From a bacterium (GTDB taxonomy: Bacteria; Hinthialibacterota; Hinthialibacteria; Hinthialibacterales; Hinthialibacteraceae), in contig JBHGBC010000076.1 of NCBI GenBank assembly GCA_041946805.1, positions 1-28,034 on the forward strand: a stretch of DNA of 28,034 nt. Reading direction: 5' to 3'. Positions 16,799-25,930 of this stretch are shown one piece after another. A model generated the notes under the pieces. It made no database searches, was not told the DNA's origin, and saw nothing but the letters and a program-made list of their open reading frames with translations. How positions within the stretch are numbered: position 1 is the stretch's first letter; the number at the start of each line of letters is the position of its first letter. A program made the position numbers and the translations under genes.

Positions 16799-17827
16799 TT
16801 ATCCGGCATCCACCGTGATAGCGGCGAGGATTTCATCGAGGACGCGGTCCGGGGCGATCTCTTCCGCTTCCCCTTCGAAATTCAGGATCAGCCGATGGCG
16901 CAAGGCCGCTTTGGCCACGTCGTGGATGTCTTCCGCCGACACGTTGAAGCGCCCATCGAGCAAGGCGCGGATTTTGCCCCCCAGGATCATGGCCTGCAGG
17001 CCGCGCGGGCTGGCCCCGTACTTCACGTAGGTTTTAACCATCCCGGTGGCGTGGGGACTTTGGGGATGCGAGGCCAGCAAGATCCGGGCGGCGTATTTCT
17101 CGATGTGGTCCGCGATGGGGATGTCCCGCACGAGGCCCATGAAATAGACCACGTTCTCATCCCGGATCACCACACCGGCCCGGGGCATCTCCCGCTTCGT
17201 GGTGCGCCGCGCCACCTCGATGAGATCATCCATGCCGGGGAATTCCACCAGGAGTTTGAACAAAAAGCGGTCCACTTGGGCCTCGGGCAAGGGATAAGTC
17301 CCTTCCATTTCCAGGGGATTTTGCGTGGCGAGGACAAAGAAGGGGGCCGCCAGGCGGTGGGTTTCCCCCGCCACGGTGACCGTCTTCTCCTGCATGGCCT
17401 CCAGCAGGGCCGACTGGGTTTTGGGAGTCGCCCGGTTGATCTCATCCGCCAGCAATACCTGGGTGAACACCGGGCCGGGCTGGAACGCGAAATATTTCTT
17501 GCCCGATTCATCCTCGTGCACGACCCGGGTTCCGATAATATCGGAGGGCATCAGGTCGGGCGTGAATTGGATGCGGCTGAAGTGGCAGTCCACCGCGGCC
17601 GCCAGCGTATGCACCAGCATGGTCTTGCCGATGCCGGGAACGCCTTCCAACAGGACATGGCCTCCAGCAAACAAGCCGATGAGCACATCTTCGATCAACC
17701 GGCCATGGCCCACGATGACTTTGGATATCTCCCGGTGGATCCGGAGGAACGCGTCCACAAACCGCCGGGCGTCTTCCTCGAATGGAGTCCGCGCCTTCTC
17801 GGCAGGGAGGGCAGCCGTTTCGGACAT
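16799..17827 (-). CDS. moxR: MoxR-family AAA+ ATPase
   Basis: Walker A GHVLLEGVPGIGKT, RIQFTPDLMPSDI, Walker B LLADEINRATPKTQSALLEAMQE, ATQNPLEMEGTYPLPEAQVDRF, GASPR. GGGAG RBS upstream. Confidence 0.96.
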   Translation of the reverse strand: MSETAALPAEKARTPFEEDARRFVDAFLRIHREISKVIVGHGRLIEDVLIGLFAGGHVLLEGVPGIGKTMLVHTLAAAVDCHFSRIQFTPDLMPSDIIGTRVVHEDESGKKYFAFQPGPVFTQVLLADEINRATPKTQSALLEAMQEKTVTVAGETHRLAAPFFVLATQNPLEMEGTYPLPEAQVDRFLFKLLVEFPGMDDLIEVARRTTKREMPRAGVVIRDENVVYFMGLVRDIPIADHIEKYAARILLASHPQSPHATGMVKTYVKYGASPRGLQAMILGGKIRALLDGRFNVSAEDIHDVAKAALRHRLILNFEGEAEEIAPDRVLDEILAAITVDAG

Positions 17828-17910
17828 TGATTTTCTCCCGTGTTTGAATCGTTCCTCGTTTTCCCATGTCGTTGCTTTGCGGCCGTTGGATTTTGATTCC
17901 CCGATTACTC

Positions 17911-17948
17911 ATCCCCTCTCCCCCCGGGCGAGGGATAGGGTGAGGGAA
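17911..17948. repeat. REP-like palindromic repeat, diverged copy in opposite orientation
   Basis: Reverse complement TTCCCTCACCCTATCCCTCGCCCGGGGGGAGAGGGGAT aligns with copies 1 and 2 with a few substitutions. Confidence 0.75.
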
Positions 17949-18018
17949 AACCTTTCTTCAACACTCTCACTTTCGGCCTTATCCCAAAATTATGAGCCGG
18001 AACTGATTTGCCACCGCC

Positions 18019-19503
18019 TTAATCCCTCGGACGGATGGCTTGAAAATATTTCTTGACATGAAAGCGGTGGCCGAGCGGAATATCCTCGTTCTCGATCACT
18101 TCTTCCGCCTGAGCGGAAAAATCGGCCTGCCGCTCCTTTCTCTCCAATTGGCTGGCGGACAACTGGCCGTCCGTCACCTCGATCTCGCTCTCGACCTCGC
18201 CCGCGCCCAGTTGCCCTTTCACTTGCATGGGATTCGGTTTGCCGCCGTTCAGCCGGCTCGCCTCGCCGAAGGGATCCATGGCGCCGGTCCCGATCCCTGG
18301 GCCACGAGCTCCACCGGATCCCATCCCCGCATTCCCCATGCCATACCCCCCCATGTAGGCTTTGCGGGCGAGGATTTTGCGGCAGGCGCTGCGCAAGCGG
18401 CACGCCCGTATCATCAATTCCAATTTCTCCTGAATCATCCGGGCGGCTTCCTTGAAATCCGGATTGTCCGATCGTTTGAGCGCGTCGGACGCGAGTTGCA
18501 AATCGTTCTTGAATGACAACTGGGTACCCGTCTTGAGTTTGGAAGCGGCCACCCCCAGGTTCGCCGCCAGATCGCGCCGTTCCTGGAGCGTCAACCGGTC
18601 CTTTTCGACAGCCTCCGCCAGTTGGTTCAACTCGTCGATCGCCTGGTCATAATTCTCTTCCTGCAGGGCTTTCGCCAGCGCGGTGGTGGCGGAACTGCTT
18701 TTCAAATGGGGCAGGAGGACGCTGACTTCATTGAACATTTTTTGCACACCCAACGCCGACATGCTTTGTTCCAAATGTTCTTGCAGACGGGCCAGTTCCA
18801 ACATCAATTCCCGCTCATTCATCTCTCCCTTTTCAAACCGTCTTTTCACTTCCTGGATTTTCTCGACCGCTTTCAAGACTTCCTGGTCCTCGCGGAATTC
18901 CTCCCGCCTCAGTTGCTCTTCCAAGGTCTCCAGTTCGTTGAGTTGCAGAGCCCGTCCGGCGGGCACACCCGCGGCGGTTTCCAACGGGAGAAACGCGGGA
19001 GGAATGAAGAAACCCCCAATGAAAATCAGCAAGGCAACAGGTAAATACATGACATAGCGGGGGCGCGGGAAACGAAACACCGTCTGGGTGCGAAGGATGT
19101 ACGCGTGCTGGATGGCGTCCTGGATTTGCCAGCGGCATGGCTCCTCCAGATGAGGATCCAGGGCCGCCAGGTCCCTCTGTTCCATGAACTTGTAGGCGCT
19201 GCAGATCCGGTCCTGGAGCCGGCCATCCTGGTCGATCCGAAACGCGGTCTTTACGTTACGGCCCAACTGGAGAAAGGGCTTCATCAGCGAATAGGCCATG
19301 AGGATCGAGTTCACGGATATGGCGATCCATAGGCTCCACTGTTCTCTCCCCCAGCGGTGATCGGCGCCGATCAAAATCCCGGCGGGTGGATAGAGAAACA
19401 AACCCGCGCCGAGCAAGGTATAGAGTGCATCATACCAGTAAATCCGCCGCCGGGCGTAGCGGAGGATGCGGTTCATGGCTTCGCGATCGATGTGATGATC
19501 CAT
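18019..19503 (-). CDS. Membrane-anchored coiled-coil protein, first gene of the MoxR cluster
   Basis: About three TM segments, long Glu/Leu/Lys heptad region, Gly-rich linker (GGYGMGNAGMGSGGARGPGIGTG) and a terminal IPxxxRxxVKKYF motif typical of proteins encoded beside MoxR/vWA genes. Confidence 0.8.
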   Translation of the reverse strand: MDHHIDREAMNRILRYARRRIYWYDALYTLLGAGLFLYPPAGILIGADHRWGREQWSLWIAISVNSILMAYSLMKPFLQLGRNVKTAFRIDQDGRLQDRICSAYKFMEQRDLAALDPHLEEPCRWQIQDAIQHAYILRTQTVFRFPRPRYVMYLPVALLIFIGGFFIPPAFLPLETAAGVPAGRALQLNELETLEEQLRREEFREDQEVLKAVEKIQEVKRRFEKGEMNERELMLELARLQEHLEQSMSALGVQKMFNEVSVLLPHLKSSSATTALAKALQEENYDQAIDELNQLAEAVEKDRLTLQERRDLAANLGVAASKLKTGTQLSFKNDLQLASDALKRSDNPDFKEAARMIQEKLELMIRACRLRSACRKILARKAYMGGYGMGNAGMGSGGARGPGIGTGAMDPFGEASRLNGGKPNPMQVKGQLGAGEVESEIEVTDGQLSASQLERKERQADFSAQAEEVIENEDIPLGHRFHVKKYFQAIRPRD

Positions 19504-19601
19504 GATCGGGCACCTGGAAGGACAATGCGCGGGAGGAATTTCCTGCCTTGCCCGGGGCCGTGGAGGGCCGCGCCTTCGTTGCCTCGAATGATCAGGATTG
19601 C

Positions 19602-19631
19602 ATTATAGAGGTTTCCGTCTCGGTCTTGGAA
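19602..19631 (-). promoter_or_regulatory. Putative sigma70 promoter for the MoxR cluster
   Basis: Perfect TATAAT on the minus strand (19602-19607), ~100 nt upstream of ATG 19503, with only a weak -35 (TTCCAA, 18-nt spacer). Confidence 0.5.
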
Positions 19632-19652
19632 TCAGTAAAAACAAGTATTTTT

Positions 19653-19697
19653 TGACGGGGAATTTACCGGCAGACGTGTAAGTAATTTTACCTACAC
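19653..19697. promoter_or_regulatory. Tandem palindromic operator-like sites upstream of the MoxR cluster
   Basis: GTGTAAGTAA-TT-TTACCTACAC (19676-19697) is a near-perfect palindrome. A weaker copy TGACGGGGAATTTACCGGCA (19653-19672) is offset 24 bp from the 20-bp core. Confidence 0.55.
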
Positions 19698-19718
19698 CCG
19701 GCTTCCCGCGGCGCCGGT

Positions 19719-20378
19719 TTACCCCTTGCGTTTCATCCATTGGATCGCGAAATGGGTCATTTCGGCGGTCGATTCGAGGTTTAATTTCAACTTGATGCGT
19801 TCATAATACGTCCCGATGGTCTTGGTGCTTACAAACAACCGCTCGGCGATCTGCCGCCGCCGCCAGCCCTCCCCGATCAATTGGAGGATCTCCATCTCGC
19901 GGCCGGTCAAGAGCAATTCCGGATCGGGTTCCGCATCCGCGTCCGGGGCCAGGAGGGTTTCCATTATTTTGGTGGATAAGCCTTCGGTCATGTAAATGTG
20001 ACCGCTTAGAATCGACCGTAACGCCGCGGGAAGGTGGCGGATGGACTCGCGCTTCAAAAAATACCCTTTCGCGCCCGCCTTGAACGCGCGCTTGATGTAC
20101 AGGGATTCATCGTGCATGGTGACCACCACAACCTTGAGATCGGGGAACCGCGCATGCAGCGTGTGCAGGAATTCCAACCCATCCTCGTTTTCCAACGAGA
20201 TGTCCAGCAAGACCAGATCCGGCCGTGCCGCCTGGATGCACGCCAGCGCTTCCCGGGTTCCGCCCGCTTCTCCGATGACCGTGAAGTCCTCTTCCCGGTT
20301 CAGCACTTGGAGGATGCCTTCCCGGACCACCGGATGGTCATCGACGATATACACACGGGATTGGGCCGCTCCCTCCAT
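19719..20378 (-). CDS. NarL/LuxR-family DNA-binding response regulator
   Basis: Receiver IVDDHPVVREG...PDLVLLDISL...VVTMH...GAKGYFLK; LuxR HTH LTGREMEILQLIGEG...IAERLFVSTKTI. ATG 20378 behind GGAGAG preferred over the ORF-track start at 20399. Confidence 0.95.
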   Translation of the reverse strand: MEGAAQSRVYIVDDHPVVREGILQVLNREEDFTVIGEAGGTREALACIQAARPDLVLLDISLENEDGLEFLHTLHARFPDLKVVVVTMHDESLYIKRAFKAGAKGYFLKRESIRHLPAALRSILSGHIYMTEGLSTKIMETLLAPDADAEPDPELLLTGREMEILQLIGEGWRRRQIAERLFVSTKTIGTYYERIKLKLNLESTAEMTHFAIQWMKRKG

Positions 20379-20501
20379 TCCACTCTCTCCGATTCTCACC
20401 TGATAATAAGAAAGATTTACTTTTTTAGAGCTGTTTGAAATTCGACCGGCCTCCCCCTCGCCCCAGCAATCTCATTGCCATCCAAAATTTAGATTTTCTC
20501 A

Positions 20502-20510
20502 ATTATAGCA
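20502..20510 (-). promoter_or_regulatory. Putative extended -10 promoter for the response regulator
   Basis: Minus strand reads TGCTATAAT (TGnTATAAT consensus), ~125 nt upstream of ATG 20378, in an AT-rich gap. Confidence 0.55.
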
Positions 20511-20644
20511 GAAAAGTAAATTAGAGACTATTCCGGGAGGGATGAAATAATTAAGGCTCAACCGGCAAGTGCGTACCTGATGGTGAAGAAGGCATTCCAT
20601 CCACTCGGTAATCCGGGCGGATACCAAGGTCCGCCCCAAAAAAA

Positions 20645-20683
20645 TTCCCTCACCCTGGCCCTCTCCCAGAGGGAGAGGGGATT
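20645..20683. repeat. REP-like palindromic intergenic repeat, copy 2
   Basis: Identical 39-mer to 11213-11251. Both copies also share CAAGGTCCGCCC a few bases to the left (11193-11204 and 20625-20636). Confidence 0.85.
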
Positions 20684-20770
20684 GGGGGATTAATCTCCCG
20701 GCCAGCCCGATTGAAAAACGGACGGCCATGCTTAAAAAATGTACGCACTTCCCGGATAAGCCATAATTTC

Positions 20771-23700
20771 TCACATTGATCCCAGGGGTAAGGTGCACGT
20801 TACCTTCGTCCCGCGCGATGGTTCACTTTGTATGGACCATTGCGCGTGAATCCGGTTGGCCCGGTAGCGCATGATGGCCAGGCCCATGCGGCCGGATTTT
20901 CCGTCGGCATCGGTCATGCCGATGCCGTCATCCTCCACGGAGAGAATCACATGGCCATTTTCGTTCCGGAGGAAAACCGTAATTTTTCCAGCTTGGGCAT
21001 GCTTGAGGGCGTTGTTGACCGCCTCCTGGGCGATGCGGTATAAATTCAAAGAAATTTGGGGATCCTCGATCGAAATGGATTGCGGGCATAGCAATTCGCA
21101 CGGGATATTGTAAATCTGACGGACATGCTCACACAGTTCGAGCAAGGAACTCATCAGGGCGGTTTTTTGCACGTTGACCGGGCTTAACCCCTTCGCCAGC
21201 TTGCGGGTTTGTTCCCGGGTCGATTCCAGAATGGAAATCATCTTCTCCATTTGCTGGGACAGGCCGGGAGAACCGGGCTGAAGATCGTCATGGACGATCT
21301 CTCCCAGAAAGATGGCCCCGGTCAAATCCTGCACCACGCCGTCGTGCAGCTCCTGCCCGATGCGTTGTTGTTCCCGTTCGCTGATTTCCAGCACGTTCAT
21401 CTCGGTCTTGCGCAATTCCTCGGTCCGCGCCTTGACCATGCTCTCCAGGTTGGTGGCGTAGTGGACCACCCGCAGCCGGGCGAAATAGGTGGTCATGGCC
21501 AGGGCGGCGATCACCAGCAGGACGCTGATGACCACAGGCAAGAACCAGCGCTGTTCCTGCCAGGGAATGGGATATACATAAAACCGGAACACGGCGGGCG
21601 TGGGATCGGCGTTCCTGTTTTTATCCAACGCCTTGACTTCGAAGCGATGAGCGCCGGCGGTGAAATCCGTCGAGGAAAAGATCGTGCTGGAGGCATACGG
21701 ACTCCAGCCGGTCCCGTCCACCCGGCAGGAAAAGAGCAACTGTTCGTCCGGGGTTTGCATCCAGCGGTCCCGTCCGGAATAATCCACGCGCAGGTTCCGG
21801 CCGGTGCGGATTTCCTGCTGATACAACAGGGTTTCTTCCGCGATGAAGGTTTGAGGAGGATCCCGGTCCGCCTCGGGGTGGTACAGAAAAACACCGCTCT
21901 CGGTCCCGGCCCAGATCCGGCCACGCGTATCTTCATACAAGGAATAAACCGCCGCGGGGGGGATTCCTTCTCCCGGGCCATACGGTTGCCAAACATGGTG
22001 CTGGTACCGGTGCAATCCGGTTTTGGCCCCCACCCAGACCGAGCCGTCCCGCACGGAGAGAAGGGCATACACAGGGCCCAGGTTGGACCGCGCCGGCGCT
22101 CCAGTGTTTCCGTCCCATACCCAGAGATCGTTCTGCGTCCCCACACCCAGGTTTCCATCCGGCAGGAGATTCATGCACCCGGGGATCTTCCCCGGGAAAC
22201 CGCCGGCCGGATTCACCAGGGTAAAAGAGCCTTCCAGCTGGGATGCGGCCTCCGGATTATCCTCTCGCTGGCGGCGGGGATAACATCGAATCCCCTCATC
22301 CAATCCAAGCCACAGATGGCGGCGGCCGTCCTCGAAAATACAGACGGGAGATTGAGAGTTTATCCGGTTATCCAACTTCAGGACCGATTGAAACCGGTGG
22401 CCGTCGAACCGTTCCAGCCGGTCGTCGGGCGATCCCACGCATCTCCAACTGGCGATCCACGCGTTTCCATTCCGGGCGGGGCCGATGCCACACACGGCGA
22501 TCCCCTCCCGCCTCGCCAGGGTGAATTGTTCCCGCTCCGGATCGAAAACCAGCAATTGGGAATACTTCCGGTCTTGAACCGGATGGGTTTGCGTGAATCC
22601 GCCCAGCACCAGTTCCCCCGTGGCGAGAGCCACGAGTTGTTGATACACACGCGGGGGAGACGAATAAGCGGCATAGGGAGCGGGAATGGGATAGATGGAC
22701 CATTCCCGGTTGTCAAAACCGATCAGAGAGTCCGCCCCGAGAAACCACAACCGTCCCGCGGGATCTTCCTGGATTCCATAAATCGGCTTTCCCCATCCCG
22801 AAATTTCCGGAGGGGCGCTCCACAGTTTCGGGATGTTCTTGGCCAAGCCCTCGCTGGACAGTACCCAAAACTCTTCGGGAGACGCATAGACGGCCTCGCG
22901 GACCTGTCCATGAAAAATGCCTTCTTGAATCCGTTGGCCCGGTTGTCCTGGCGGTCCCGGTTTGTATTTTGAAACCAGGTGCTCGTTGAAATCCAGAATC
23001 CACAGGACGGAATCCCATCCCCGGAATCCTTGCACGGGAGAAGGTGACATATGCAGCGTCTCCCATTTTTCTCCAACGAAACGGACCACGTAGTATTGAC
23101 CACCCGGCCGGGAAACTACCGTGGCATAGATCCCGCGTTGGGGGCCGGCGGTCATTTTTTGGACATCCCGCGTGTTCAGCCGTGGATCGAGGGGATAATC
23201 CATCCAGAGGGAATCGGAATGCACGCCGCCCTCCGCGGCTTGGATGTACACCACGCCTTCCGGTCCGCCGATCCAGATGCTTCCATCCCCGGCGGGAGTC
23301 ATTTCACCAAAAGCCGACAGGCTTGTTTCGTCCGCGCGCCGGATCATTTGAAAAGTGCGGGTGGCGGGATTCCAACTCACCAGTTTTTCTTGCAGCAACA
23401 CCAAAATTTCTTCATTCCCGTTGATGAGAAACGATCTCCAGCCACTGAGATAAGGACCCTCGAGGCCATGAAAGATCCACCGGTCATCGCGGTATTCCTG
23501 AAATCCGGTCAGGATTCGGGATGGATTCGCCGCCGTCTCGGTGAAGGAAACCGACCAGATCCGCCCGGAGGCCGATTCGCGCACCATCTCCCGGCCCTCG
23601 GGCATGGGCAGAGAGGAAAGAGCATACCCATCCAGCCGGAACCATTTCCCCCCCGGCGGATCTTCAACGAAAACAATCCCCCCCGGATTCAAGCTGATAC

Positions 23701-25894
23701 GATTGAGATCTTGAAAACTGAAATCCTCCCCGGCTTTCCAATACCGCCATTGCTGGATCGCTTCTCCCCGCGCTTCTCTCAACACCGGATATACGCGGGT
23801 ATCCCCGAAAATGGGATGGCCTTCCCCTACACCATGGAAAAACGCCACCGGGCTGTTCGAATCATGGATCTCGGCTTCATACTCCATGGCGGTGGATCCA
23901 GGCGGCGCGGGGAGGGCCCAGGTGATCCGATGGCCCTGAATTTGGCCTTCCCGGCTGATCCGGACAGCCGTCCACCCCGGAGGGAGGTTTTCCTCGATGG
24001 CCATGTCTTGGATTTCCGGGCCGGGATTGATCACGTCCAGACGGACCCGGATCGGCCGCTCCGGGCGGAAAAAGGCTGGAGAAAACGAACGGATGGCGAT
24101 GGGAGAAGCGGATTGTATGGTAACCTGGCTGGCTTGGCCAAAGGCCGGTATTTCAGAATATTCCCGGTTGGAGATGCACACGCCATAGGCGGCCGTTTCC
24201 TCCATTTTCAACGGCCGGAAATCCGCCGCTTGCCATTGGCTTCCGTCCTTCGACCATTCACTCAACAACCAATCGCCCGGAACGATCCGGCTGATCCGGA
24301 AATAGACGGGCGCCTGGTTGAAAATCACTTCGCGCCCTTCCACATCGTAAATTCCGGATTGATACGAAATCCCGTCCTTGCGGTTCCGCCAGTGGATTTC
24401 ACCCTTATACTCCGGAGTGGAAGACGCGATTCCCGGCCGGGAAACCATTTGAATGGTATAGTGAATAGAGTTGCTCTCCCCGGCTTTTTCACGGATCATC
24501 AATCCGAATCGGGAATTATCCCGGCGTCCGCCGGGTTTCTCTTCGGGGATCTCCAACTTCGCGGAGAGGGTACACGATCCAGTCCGTTGGACATACGCGA
24601 AGAATCCTTCATCCCAGCAGATTTTCTCTCCGATGCCATTCCCTTTGAGATAATATATGGGATCTCCCCCGGATGGATCGATCGACAGCACCCCAGGCAA
24701 TTTCGTCTGACTCACTTGCGGCGGATTTTCACTGGAACCCCAATCGGCCACATCCTCAAAGACGCCCAGACCGCCGTTCAGGTGGGCCCGGCCGCCGACC
24801 GGAATGTTTCCCGCCCTTCCACGGAAATGGGCGGTTCCTTCATAAGTTAGAGGCGGCCGCGCCGCATAGGTGAGTGTGTTCAATCCCGGCTCCAGGAAGA
24901 GGGACCAGGTGATTTTGTCTTCCGCCAGGATACCCCCCGGGCTGATCGAATGAACCTCCCACGAGCTTTCATGGATTTCGGTGATCACCGCTTCCCTTTT
25001 CTGCTCACTCGGATTCAGCACATGCAAACGCACTTCCAGATCCTCGCCGGGCGTATAGGAGTCACGCGGGAGGATCCGTTCCGCGAGGACCGCCGGCTCC
25101 AAAGTGACTTGGGAAAATTGAGCATGCACGGGAGTGGTTGTGTCATTTCCATTGGCGATGAAAAGACCGTATTGGACCGGTTCCTCCAGCTCGATCCGCG
25201 TTTGATGGATCAACTCCCACGCCATGCCGTTGGATGAGACATCGGAATACACCAGGTTTTGAGTGGCATTGTAGGTGAGACGGAAAAAGAAGCCGCTATC
25301 GGTGGTTAGGCTGCGGTTATATATGGTTCCCAAAAAAAGATGCATATCCAGGGAAATCCGCCAGGCGGTTCCCCCGAACATCCCTTCTTGGGAAGGGGCC
25401 TTGGAAAGATCGGGGCGTGTCGATAAACCGATAGCGTACATCTTGGAGAGACGTGTATTCTCCCGTCCGCGGATCATCAGACCGGCGAACGCGTTGGATT
25501 TTCCTTCACCGGAATCGATCCATTTCACATGCGCGGTCAGACTCCAGGATCCGTCCTTCCCGGTAAACGTGTAGAATCCATTCTCCCCCACGTCCGATAT
25601 ACCCTGGCCACGGCCATACATGTCATAAACCGGCCCCCGGTCGGTTTGGGAAAACTCCATCCGGTCCGGCAGAACATGAATCCGGGTTGCGCCGGCTATG
25701 CCGCCGTTCGCCCAATGCGCGGATTGGGGAAACAGGCCTTCCCGCGGGAGCGTCTCACCCCCGCTCGCATGCACGGAAGAGAGAATGACAAAACAGAAAA
25801 AAACGCACCATCCCGGGAGGTTGTTCTCCCGGAGATCGGCCCGGCGGACCGCGCCGGGCTTATCATCCAGGAAGGAAAGAAAAGCGTTATCCAT
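20771..25894 (-). CDS. Large sensor histidine kinase (two lectin-like+Ig-like units, beta-propeller, Y_Y_Y, TM, HisKA_3, HATPase_c)
   Basis: Reg_prop-like repeats (LYEDTRGRIWAGTESGV, IQEDPAGRLWF); Y_Y_Y-like FSCRVDGTGWS...GAHRFEVKALD; TM WFLPVVISVLLVIAALAM; H-box EQQRIGQELHDGVVQDL; YRIAQEAVNNALKHA, VEDDGIG, MGLAIMRYRA. Exact start uncertain. Confidence 0.93.
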   Translation of the reverse strand: MDNAFLSFLDDKPGAVRRADLRENNLPGWCVFFCFVILSSVHASGGETLPREGLFPQSAHWANGGIAGATRIHVLPDRMEFSQTDRGPVYDMYGRGQGISDVGENGFYTFTGKDGSWSLTAHVKWIDSGEGKSNAFAGLMIRGRENTRLSKMYAIGLSTRPDLSKAPSQEGMFGGTAWRISLDMHLFLGTIYNRSLTTDSGFFFRLTYNATQNLVYSDVSSNGMAWELIHQTRIELEEPVQYGLFIANGNDTTTPVHAQFSQVTLEPAVLAERILPRDSYTPGEDLEVRLHVLNPSEQKREAVITEIHESSWEVHSISPGGILAEDKITWSLFLEPGLNTLTYAARPPLTYEGTAHFRGRAGNIPVGGRAHLNGGLGVFEDVADWGSSENPPQVSQTKLPGVLSIDPSGGDPIYYLKGNGIGEKICWDEGFFAYVQRTGSCTLSAKLEIPEEKPGGRRDNSRFGLMIREKAGESNSIHYTIQMVSRPGIASSTPEYKGEIHWRNRKDGISYQSGIYDVEGREVIFNQAPVYFRISRIVPGDWLLSEWSKDGSQWQAADFRPLKMEETAAYGVCISNREYSEIPAFGQASQVTIQSASPIAIRSFSPAFFRPERPIRVRLDVINPGPEIQDMAIEENLPPGWTAVRISREGQIQGHRITWALPAPPGSTAMEYEAEIHDSNSPVAFFHGVGEGHPIFGDTRVYPVLREARGEAIQQWRYWKAGEDFSFQDLNRISLNPGGIVFVEDPPGGKWFRLDGYALSSLPMPEGREMVRESASGRIWSVSFTETAANPSRILTGFQEYRDDRWIFHGLEGPYLSGWRSFLINGNEEILVLLQEKLVSWNPATRTFQMIRRADETSLSAFGEMTPAGDGSIWIGGPEGVVYIQAAEGGVHSDSLWMDYPLDPRLNTRDVQKMTAGPQRGIYATVVSRPGGQYYVVRFVGEKWETLHMSPSPVQGFRGWDSVLWILDFNEHLVSKYKPGPPGQPGQRIQEGIFHGQVREAVYASPEEFWVLSSEGLAKNIPKLWSAPPEISGWGKPIYGIQEDPAGRLWFLGADSLIGFDNREWSIYPIPAPYAAYSSPPRVYQQLVALATGELVLGGFTQTHPVQDRKYSQLLVFDPEREQFTLARREGIAVCGIGPARNGNAWIASWRCVGSPDDRLERFDGHRFQSVLKLDNRINSQSPVCIFEDGRRHLWLGLDEGIRCYPRRQREDNPEAASQLEGSFTLVNPAGGFPGKIPGCMNLLPDGNLGVGTQNDLWVWDGNTGAPARSNLGPVYALLSVRDGSVWVGAKTGLHRYQHHVWQPYGPGEGIPPAAVYSLYEDTRGRIWAGTESGVFLYHPEADRDPPQTFIAEETLLYQQEIRTGRNLRVDYSGRDRWMQTPDEQLLFSCRVDGTGWSPYASSTIFSSTDFTAGAHRFEVKALDKNRNADPTPAVFRFYVYPIPWQEQRWFLPVVISVLLVIAALAMTTYFARLRVVHYATNLESMVKARTEELRKTEMNVLEISEREQQRIGQELHDGVVQDLTGAIFLGEIVHDDLQPGSPGLSQQMEKMISILESTREQTRKLAKGLSPVNVQKTALMSSLLELCEHVRQIYNIPCELLCPQSISIEDPQISLNLYRIAQEAVNNALKHAQAGKITVFLRNENGHVILSVEDDGIGMTDADGKSGRMGLAIMRYRANRIHAQWSIQSEPSRGTKVTCTLPLGSM

Positions 25895-25930
25895 CGGAGC
25901 TTTCCGAATCTGATAACGGCCGCCGGCTTC

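Noticed and set aside
11369..19503. MoxR-vWA ternary conflict system (VMAP or beta-propeller type)
   Set aside because: No effector-bearing third component or peptidase recognised. The membrane-anchored vWA proteins with DUF58 fit the Bat-like chaperone type better.
11213..20683. CRISPR array from the repeated 39-mer
   Set aside because: Copies are kilobases apart, in both orientations, with no regular spacers or cas genes.
8331..24850. Long plus-strand ORFs (e.g. 9285-11339, 11321-12718, 14632-15789, 16706-17830, 21209-22972, 23051-24850)
   Set aside because: They lie antisense to well-supported genes, have no recognisable motifs, and are the expected shadow ORFs of GC-rich coding DNA.
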